NCBI GenBank assembly: GCA_030141605.1
Contig: JAQGDQ010001952.1
Span: 1-19,502 of the forward strand
From: Tubiluchus corallicola
Taxonomy: Eukaryota > Animalia > Priapulida
Direction: 5' to 3'
DNA: 19,502 bases
Position 1 is the first letter of the stretch, and every line of letters begins with the position of its first letter. The translations under genes and the position numbers were made by a program. The notes under the pieces are model-generated. The model was not told the DNA's origin and did no database searches. It saw nothing but the letters and a program-made list of their open reading frames with translations. This document shows positions 10,129 through 19,502 of this stretch, piece after piece.

Positions 10129-10585
10129 CCCTTTCATACTCGTTGTTATCCCGTGAGATACGAGAATATTTTCTGCCATTAAAATTAATAAAATTTTAAA
10201 ACTGACAGTTATTTGATATGTTAATAGTTATTTTGATTTAAGCCAATAACAACAGACTAAAAATGGTGATAAAATGGCAAACTAGAAAATCTACATAGCA
10301 TAAAAACTGTGCAAGGTACAGTACTTTAGAGACGACTTTGTACAGATCAGCATAGCATGCATACTAAATGTCTTAAATACTTTAAAAAATTATCAGCAGT
10401 TGCAAAATGAAGCACATTTTATGCTTCCATTGAATCCCAATGTATGCCGTGGGATACAGGCTATATTTAGCACGCGGGCACAGGTAGAAAAAAGTAATTA
10501 TTACGTGTAAACAAGATGGACATATTGAACAAAAGTACCAAGCCAATTTTTTTTCATATTAAAAAATAATTTGGGACTGAAAGGG
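10129..10585 (+). mobile_element. piggyBac-like MITE, copy 2 (457 bp)
   Basis: TTAA at 10125-10128 and 10586-10589. Right TIR perfect; left TIR has 3 substitutions (CCCTTTCATACTC). Body nearly identical to 3625-4084. Confidence 0.93.
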
Positions 10586-10589
10586 TTAA

Positions 10590-11138
10590 AGGAAAACCGA
10601 ATGATTGTGTAAACACGAGTTCACAACAAAGAATGCTCTAAAGTATTGAAAACTGTAATAGCTTTTTTTAAAATAAAAGCTTACATTAAATAATAATTAC
10701 CTCGGATACTCACATTTCATTAAACTTTCAAAGCTACGTGCGGCTCAATGAATCTACTAAGATTGGCAACGGCGCCTTTTTGTCACATTCGTGTAACCGA
10801 TAAAGAGAAGGCGGTACCGTGATAACCATGATCATGAACTGCAGTGTTAGTTTATGACGTCATATGATGCAGAGGTCATTTTTCGTGACATCATGCGTTT
10901 AAGCAGTACTGTACCACTTATGCAAACGTGCTTGACGCGCAAGGGAAGAAACCTGCCATTGTGCAAACTGTGGTTAGTTTCTGACGTAAGCAATAGCTGT
11001 GTTCAGTTGCTGTTAATTAACTTTCTAAGCTAATTATTCAAATATAAGGAACATCTGTTAACTTTTATGGGCAAAAAATATATATTTTGGACAGTAAATT
11101 AAAATGAGATTGAGTCTAAACAATCGTCCGGTCTTCCT
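10590..11138. mobile_element. Kolobok-like non-autonomous element (549 bp)
   Basis: TTAA on both sides (10586-10589, 11139-11142). 27-bp imperfect TIR AGGAAAACCGAATGATTGTGTAAACAC vs AGGAAGACCGGACGATTGTTTAGACTC (21/27). Confidence 0.78.
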
Positions 11139-11406
11139 TTAAGTCTCAAAAGTTTTTATTTTTCCAGAAGCCCTTCGTCAGCTGTAAGTTGGAGATACAG
11201 TAATAAAAATCATAAAAAAACTACATATAAAGTGTATGTATACAATGACATTAATTAATTTAGTATTCTTTATTTTAACGTCCTTATATACTTATACTTT
11301 ACATGCAGTTTTATCTATAATTTTTACAATTTTTATTATTGTATATCTACTTTACTGCTGACGAAATCCGTGAAATACGAAAGCGTCTGGAAAACATAAA
11401 AAAAAT

Positions 11407-11760
11407 TGTTGTGTTGTGTTTTGTTTCTCTCGGAGAGAAACCCAGAAAACACTTCATCAGATTAAACTGGTTTATTAAGCGAGAATTCTACAACACAAAA
11501 GTATGAAGGAACGCGAAATGTTTACAGTAAACGTGAAAATCTGGAAAACGTTAAAGTGTATCTGAAAATACAAGTATACAAGAGAATGTGTAAGTGGTGT
11601 CCGTGTGAATCTGCCTGTGTGTCTCTCAGTGGCCTGCTTCGCCTTATATAGGGTGCCCGAGAAGATTCTTTCCAGAATATTCTAGACGGTAAGACGAATA
11701 CTCTAACGGAACATTCTGCAATGTTCTATTTAATTCTAATAGATGCCAGCGATCTCCACA
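11407..11760 (-). mobile_element. Solo LTR (about 355 bp)
   Basis: TG...CA termini with flanks AAAAT/ACAAT (4/5); an alternative end at 11763 gives a TGTTGTG/CACAACA inverted terminus. On minus, TATATAA (11650-11644) precedes AATAAA (11476-11471). Removing it restores the host palindrome arm. Confidence 0.75.
11661..11726. promoter_or_regulatory. Heat-shock element cluster in the LTR U3
   Basis: GAAgaTTC (11661-11668), TTCcaGAAtaTTCtaGAc (11670-11687) and GAAcaTTCtgCAAtgTTC (11709-11726), just upstream of the LTR TATA box. Confidence 0.55.
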
Positions 11761-11914
11761 ACAATTTTGAGACTTAAAGGAGCACCTCTAGCTTTGAAAG
11801 ATACTTAATCGTGGAGAGTTGCAAAAGAATTGTACCGTTTGGCGTCAGAAGGTGGACGGTGTGATGTCATTGGATGATTGATACACGTCATAACAAACAC
11901 TTCATATCATTTCA

Positions 11915-12732
11915 CCTGTTGATATGAGAAAATGCACTTTATGTAAGAATGGGAGCACGGAAGGAGAATTCCTTTTTGGCATACAATGCAATGTCTATTG
12001 TCAAGAAAGGACTACGTTCTTAAAGTCAGATATTTTTCCAGAATTCCCATCCATGTGTGATGTTGATAAGCTTATATTTTAAGCAAAAGTGGAGATGTGG
12101 AAGTTTTCCAGAATTCTCATCCATGTGTGATGTTGATAAGCTTATATTTTAAACAAAAGTGGAGATGTGGAAGTTTTCCAGAATTCCCATCCATGTGTGA
12201 TGTTGATAAGCTTATATTTTAAACAAAAGTGGAGATGTGGAAGTTTTGGAGGATTCCCATCCATGTGTGATGTTGATAAGCTTATATTTTAAGCAAAAGT
12301 GGAGATGTGAAGTTTTCCAGAATTCCCATCCATGTGTGATGTTGATAAGCTTATATTTTAAACAAAAGTGGAGATGTGGAAGTTTTCCATAACTCCCATC
12401 CATGTGTGATATTGATAAGCTTATATTTTAAACAAAAGTGGAGATGTGGAAGTTAAGAAATTGTTGATTAACTACATGGATGAAATTTCAACAATACGTG
12501 ATTCTAAATTAAGAGGTATGAATTAATTTTGCTAAGAATTGATGTATGCAATCAGCAATGTGATATGTATGTAGATGTGTTTGTTATAAATTATGGTATT
12601 TTTAAACAACTTCGCTTAAAAAGAGCTCCGTATTTGTAGGGACGTGTTCCTGTATGCGTTGTTTATTTAAGTGTGTGACTTGTTAGTTCTACTGGTGTTT
12701 GTGTTTGTAAAATGAAACGTTTATTATTACTA
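11915..12732 (+). mobile_element. LINE 3' fragment with C-terminal CCHC zinc knuckle (RTE-X-like)
   Basis: PVDMRKCTLCKNGSTEGEFLFGIQCNVYCQER matches the RxCxxC...EDExHFxxxCxxYxxxR pattern with H decayed to L. It resumes after the minisatellite as LNKSGDVEVKKLLINYMDEISTIRDSKLRGMN* (TAA 12524-12526) and ends AATGAAACGTTTATTATTACTA. Confidence 0.7.
12034..12454. repeat. 70-bp minisatellite, 6 copies
   Basis: Unit TTTTCCAGAATTCCCATCCATGTGTGATGTTGATAAGCTTATATTTTAA(A/G)CAAAAGTGGAGATGTGGAAG, head to tail, no spacers. Confidence 0.97.
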
Positions 12733-13700
12733 TATAAACAAATCGAATCAAATGACGTCATAGACATATCGTGTGTATATAAGCATTCCTGTCCTAATTA
12801 GGACAAACTGAACTAATCATATTGAACTTTGAAGTTGGATTTACGAATGATTGATCAGCTAAGTAATGTCTGCATACCACACATAGCACACTAAATCTGC
12901 CTGTTCGAAGCAGATATCTTAGACTTGTGTCACGTGACTAAGTAATATTTTTATGACGTATGAAGATGGTGTTAAACTGATCATATTTACACGAGTTATC
13001 TTGTCTGACGCCTTGTTATAAGTTCATAGCCACGGATTATGATTGAGGTTATTAGCTGCTCAGTCGTGGGTGATTAATATTCGATAATATCGATTAATCG
13101 AATCAGCACTAATCAGTCATATTAGTACAAACAAAAAGGTTTTGAACCAAGCAGCAGGTACCAGACCCCTTTAAAGGACAAGTAGTCACTTTTCATAAAA
13201 ATTGAGTTTAAAAAATTCGTCTTGAAATTTTGTATCATTTACATTAGTTTCGATGACCGGGGCAAAGTTATAGCAGCCGTTACATTCCATAATGTCTTAT
13301 TGTATACAGGGCTTGCATTAGCGGTAACGCTGTGTACAACTTGTAAATTTAAATTCCCGTGATGAGCGTTAGGCGCAGGATTTCTAACGGTAAGTCGTTT
13401 GAAACATGTTCAGATAACATTGCGGAATGTTTGACACACTTACATGTCTTACTGCGCACAGAGCATGCAGTAGCAGTAACGCTGTATGAAACTTATAAAT
13501 TTAAACTCCCGGGATGACCGTTAGGTGCAGCCATTTTAGCGGTGAGTCGTTTGAAATAAGTTTAGATAACATTGCGTAAAATTTGAAAAATAAACAGAAC
13601 ATTCGTAGCAGCGCTCTTCACTAACTAAGCAAAAGTTTAAGTTACTTCATCAAGTTTAAGATCAATAATGTGCTTTTTCATGAATCAGTGGTCCACACTT

Positions 13701-13898
13701 GACCAGACGGTTTAGTCTAGTTGTAACTCGAAGGTCGTAGGTTCGAGAAGGTCGCGTCATAACCAAAGAGTTTAACCTGCTGTTAACCTGCCTGAGTATT
13801 TAACGTAAAGTGAGGTAATAATAATTTGTTATTTACAGTCGGTCAAAAACCTGCTTGGAGCTTACGTTAGTTGCTCGTCCAAAAAGACGACTTTAAAG

Positions 13899-13928
<30 letters not shown>
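13701..13928 (+). mobile_element. tRNA-derived SINE, possibly Meta-domain type
   Basis: B-box GGTTCGAGA (13740-13748) after a decayed A-box. GGTCGCGTCATAACCAAAGAGTTTAA resembles the MetaSINE central domain as remembered. (ATT)n tail; possible TSD ACACT (13695-13699 / 14296-14300). Confidence 0.65.
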
Positions 13929-14295
<367 letters not shown>

Positions 14296-14675
14296 ACACT
14301 GGGATGTTGATGCGGCCATATCTACTTGAGCCATTTTTGAGTTATTAAGAATTTTCTTTTTTAAGTACATAAATATTTCAAACAGGAAAGCTAATGCAAT
14401 GCTAAGTAATATAACTTTGTATAGAATTTTTTTTGTGCCAAACATACTTTGACTTTCCCTTTTCTTCTCCTCTAAGCTCGTTCTCCATGCACTTTTTGTC
14501 GGTGCATAGTACTACGGTGCTGCTCTCTATCCGAATAATTAAAGGAAAAGTCAAGGCTTCTACGAGGTTGGGCTAATTCAATGTTCGCGAAAAATGTTAG
14601 AAAGATTTAGTAACAAAACTGCAATAAGCGCCTACTAAAATCACTTTAAAGCCGCGATAATTTCATGCTTGGGCT

Positions 14676-14997
14676 CACCCATTTTTTAATGCCCATTCTT
14701 CCTCCAATGACGTCAGCACCCATTTTTAATGCCCATTCTTCCACCAATGACGTCAGCACCCATTTTTAATGCACATTCTTCCTCCAATGACGTCAGCACC
14801 TATTTTTAATGCCCATTCTTCCTCCAATGACGTCAGCACCCATTTTTAATGCCCATTCTACCTCCAATGACGTCAGCACCTATTTTTAATGCCCATTCTT
14901 CCTCCAATGACGTCAGCACCCATTTTTTAATGCCCATTCTTCCTCCAATGACGTCAGCACCCATTTTGTAATGCCCATTCTTCTTCCAACGACGTCA
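14676..14997. repeat. 40-bp minisatellite, 8 copies, each with CCAAT overlapping TGACGTCA
   Basis: Unit CACCCATTTTTAATGCCCATTCTTCCTCCAATGACGTCAG. TGACGTCA starts at 14708, 14748, 14788, 14828, 14868, 14908 and 14949; the last unit is degenerate. Confidence 0.97.
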
Positions 14998-15225
14998 TTC
15001 GTCTTGAAGAAAAGTAGCGCTTATGGAAAACCACGATCTGGTTACGAAAAGTCACGAAGTTACGTGATGATTTTGAGGTGAATGGTGGCACTCAGCACGC
15101 TTGAAAAATTCTATTCAGACATAGTTTATTTTAAATTTATGCTTTATAGACAATTCATTCCAAATTTCTTTGTTATATTTTTCTAAGTTTAAGTGAAATT
15201 GTAATATAAACCCAATATACGGAGT

Positions 15226-15471
15226 CAGGGCCTATTTCAGCCCAGGCGAGGGGAAGTGGGGCGTGTGAGGCCCCATCGGGGGGGGGGGGGGAAGCGCTAC
15301 CATGGTTGGCGCCCAGAAAATTTTTGAACTGCTAGAACGCCGGAGAAGCATTTTCGAAGAGAAAATATGGAGTTATACATTTGTTAAAGGAAAGAACAAT
15401 TGAAAGAAAAACTGCTTTATTCTCAAGACCAGTCCTTAATACTTGTCAATACTGGCAAACAGCGCGTGTGC

Positions 15472-15536
<65 letters not shown>

Positions 15537-15661
15537 AGAGAGAATGAAGAGAGGAGGCAGCATGTTCGCATAAAGCAAAAAAATGTTACCTTGGCGCGAG
15601 GCCCCCTGGAGGGTGAGGCCCCGGGGAAGTATCCCCACTTCCCCCCTTGAAATAGGCCCTG
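15226..15661. mobile_element. hAT-type MITE (436 bp)
   Basis: Perfect 8-bp TSD TACGGAGT (15218-15225, 15662-15669) and perfect 14-bp TIR CAGGGCCTATTTCA. Subterminal GGGGAAGTGGGG / CCCCACTTCCCC; internal G-run and (GA)n. Confidence 0.93.
15477..15543. repeat. (GA)n microsatellite inside the hAT MITE
   Basis: Seen directly. Confidence 0.97.
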
Positions 15662-16694
15662 TACGGAGTGACTTGTTCTTTCATTTAGAATACTTAAATT
15701 CATGTTATTCTGACGAACCTGCTAGGTCCAGGAACAAATGAGTTTAAAGATATATGTGTTAAATTAGTTTCCGATTCCAGCCGCCAGGTTTGAAAAAGTA
15801 GAAATAATCCAAAGATGGGCTCATGTATATGGAGCTCTATAACTTTGTTCGACTCATTTTTATTGTTATAGTAAGCTGTAGTATATAAATACAATTTAGC
15901 CGAAATAGCTTAATCAATTACACAAGCAATAAGTACTCGAGGTGAGGTGTATAGATGAACGGTCATGGTTGCGTTTGTTACCAAATTTAAACAATGTTCA
16001 GTCTAGGCAGTGAATGACACGTGACCTCGAGTGAATTGGTTGGATTACCACTGTATACGATTTCTTTGGACATGCCGATTCTGGCTGTTTACCTATTTGG
16101 AGAGGATATATCTATGTTTACATATCTGGCAGACCGTGACTCCTCCACCAATTCAGTGGCTTCTTTTATAGAAGCAAAGTCTTGTTTGCAAGCTAGATTC
16201 CGGTCTTGCCATACCCATCACACCCCTGCCACTGAATGCTGACTTCCAGCTTGTGTTATCCACAGCTACTAACCACCGTAGTCTGTATGCACAGCTGTGT
16301 GTTGTAATTATTATTGTTTACAATGTTGTTTGTTTACGTAATTGTGACGATGTTTACTTATCCTTGTTGCAATAATTTGTAGCACAATGGACAGCAAACT
16401 GGTGAATATTTATTACTGCGCTGTGACCTTGTGAGCAAAGAAAAGAGACAAAACTTACGAAGAGAATTAGTAGATGGCGCTATTTCCGACATCTGGATAC
16501 TAAGAAGAAAATATTTAGTTCAGCCTTAATAATTATTGACATAATTATGTTGTAATATTTACATTATTAATTGACCTGCAAAATTTAGATCTTCGGACGG
16601 TTGTACTAAAGTTTTCAATGTTATAACTCGTATACAAACTGGGAACAGATGTAGTCACATACATGCATGCAAATATTCTCTATAATCGTTATGG

Positions 16695-17930
<1,236 letters not shown>

Positions 17931-18390
17931 CAATTTTCAGAGATTCTGCACTTCGAGCGGATCCAAAAACACGTAACTATGGAATATTGCAATTGCCAAT
18001 ACCAATTTATTTTATTCCAAAACTATTAACTTACAGAGAAATTTATGCCATATAACAAATACTATTTTTGAGCTACTTTCAGCTGATGTTTAGTCAAAGT
18101 TAGCGAAAAGTCAAACTTATAATCAGTCTCACTTTAAACGAGATGGAGATGGCAAAATTCAAGATGACGAAAAGGATGTAACCATGGTAACAAAGCAGCA
18201 TTTTAACAACAATTGCGATTTCACGACACAGTTCGTTCAAACCGGAAGACAGGGATTGATAGAAGTGACATACTTTTTGTGTTAGTTCTCCAACTTTTTC
18301 CTAAAATCTGCAAATAGCAACAAATTTTCAGGTTTTGATGAAAAATTTTCTAGATTTGAAAAGACTGAGACTTTCATTTTCATTTGCACG

Positions 18391-18615
18391 GCTGTACAAC
18401 GTTTTTACTGTACATTGTTTTTACTGTACATTGTTTCTGTTAAATACAAAATTGCGTAGTCCAAACCAGTATCATTTTTCAAGCATGCTGTACATTGTTT
18501 TTACTGTACATTGTTTCTGTTAAATACGAAATTGCGTAGTCCAAACCAGTATCATTTTTCATGCATGCTGTACATTGTTTTTACTGTACATTGTTTATTT
18601 AACATTACATTGTTT
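18391..18615. repeat. 80-bp tandem repeat (about 2.5 copies) with a 16-bp sub-repeat
   Basis: CCAAACCAGT at 18461 and 18541; CTGTACATTGTTTTTA is doubled within each unit. Confidence 0.92.
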
Positions 18616-18680
18616 TTGAAATAGAACTGACTGTACCAGTAAGAACACACTATCTTTTATAAATAACCATCAAAAAGCAC

Positions 18681-18809
18681 GAAAGTCATAGGGAAAAATC
18701 ACAATTAATTTTGGCTAAGGCTGGGGTTAGGGGTTCGGGTAAGGAATAGGATTAGGGGTACGGTTACGGTTATGGTTATTTCTTCTTTCCTGTGACTTTC
18801 CTGGATACA
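18681..18809. mobile_element. Small unclassified inverted-repeat element with an internal GGTTA/TTAGGG-like tract
   Basis: GAAAGTCATAGGGAAAA (18681-18697) matches the reverse complement of 18784-18800 at 14/17 and flanks degenerate telomere-like repeats at about 18719-18778. Confidence 0.45.
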
Positions 18810-19502
18810 CAGCTAGGCCTACTGTATTTACTGCTTTACATAAGCTAATTATGACGTCAGCAGATGACTAACAAAGAACATAACTGTATCACAAAGAGAA
18901 GAGTTTTTGTTTACCTACAAATAAGTTGTTTACACGCGTACTACAGAATGAACAGCAAAATAATCTTAGGCTGTTACATGCTTAACATTGTCAAGTATAA
19001 GTAGTCACAAAAACGGGTGCAAATTTGTGCAAAGCTATGTGAAATTTATACAAATTTTTAGCATGATTTTCTAGCTATGTGAGATACATAAATACAGTAC
19101 TTTTATAAGATTGAAATAATAATCTGTATAGACAATACAGTCAAGAAGTCTTTAAGAAACGTAGGATGTGAGTGCAATTAAACAGACAAGCAAATTTAAT
19201 CACTACATTGGAATTGATATGACATCATATTATGGTGATACTTTGTACTAGGTGCTGAAGTATAAAAAAGTAAAAATATATTTCATGATAAGATAATCAG
19301 GGAGCGTTTCCTGGAGAGACCAAAAACTCTGAATTCCTGGATGATGGCCAATTACTTTGACGTATTTTCATTCACTTGATGACGCAGTAATCGGCGTGAC
19401 TTCCTGTGAACGTACAGTAGTTTTACAGGATGAAAGGAAACGCATTCGTGAGAAAGTATAACATAAACGTTAATAATTTAACTATGACGTCACAATCCAT
19501 TA

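Larger units (their letters stand above)
11143..11773. mobile_element. Fold-back element with Penelope-type hammerhead core motifs, split by a solo LTR
   Basis: Arms about 11143-11254 and 11275-11406 plus 11766-11773 are diverged reverse complements. The right arm has CTGACGA (11358-11364), GAAA (11379-11382) and GCGTC. Outer ends are TTAAGTCTCAAAA / TTTTGAGACTTAA. Confidence 0.6.
14543..15680. mobile_element. Possible Kolobok-like element hosting the 40-bp array and the hAT MITE
   Basis: TTAA|AGGAAAAGTCA on the left and TGACTTGTTCT|TTCA on the right, with patchy inverted similarity further in once the hAT MITE is removed. Confidence 0.4.

Noticed and set aside
12034-12454. CRISPR-like regular repeats (also 14676-14997)
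   Set aside because: Head-to-tail units with no unique spacers, no cas genes, and a eukaryotic context.
12790-12805. Perfect 16-bp palindrome TGTCCTAATTAGGACA
   Set aside because: Centre is AATT rather than TTAA and no matching element ends were found; isolated.
11778-13170. One Kolobok element spanning TTAA|AGGAGCACC to AGACCCCT|TTAA
   Set aside because: The ends match only over the first few bases; probably termini of different elements.
16021-16270. Moderately GC-rich stretch as a possible exon on either strand
   Set aside because: No recognisable domain. The minus frame ending at AG|GTAAAC has an upstream stop and no good acceptor.
19299-19502. Possible promoter or element start (CAGGGAGCG, ACTTCCTG, TGACGTCA)
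   Set aside because: Short motifs only and truncated by the window edge.

Overview
AT-rich, intron-containing animal DNA, probably a non-vertebrate bilaterian (inferred from the repeat repertoire). The only convincing host gene is the 3' end of a LIM-domain gene on +: two GT-AG exons (1038-1162, 3380-3476) splice into one complete double zinc-finger LIM domain followed by a stop. The ORF track misses it, and its long ORFs are low-complexity artefacts. The rest is a dense, nested transposon landscape: two piggyBac-like MITE copies, several TTAA-flanked Kolobok-like elements, a TA-flanked Tc1/mariner-type MITE, an 8-bp-TSD hAT-type MITE, a solo LTR with heat-shock elements, decayed 3' ends of several LINE clades, a tRNA-derived SINE, and mini/microsatellites. 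The most unusual items are (i) a near full-length 5S rRNA copy without a terminator fused directly to a CR1-like LINE 3' end (SINE3-like or 5S/LINE chimera, minus strand, 7541-8053), (ii) four elements joined through single TTAA sites, one a fold-back with hammerhead-ribozyme core motifs (10125-11790), and (iii) a 40-bp tandem array of CCAAT+CRE sites. Family assignments come from terminal structure and remembered motifs, not database searches.
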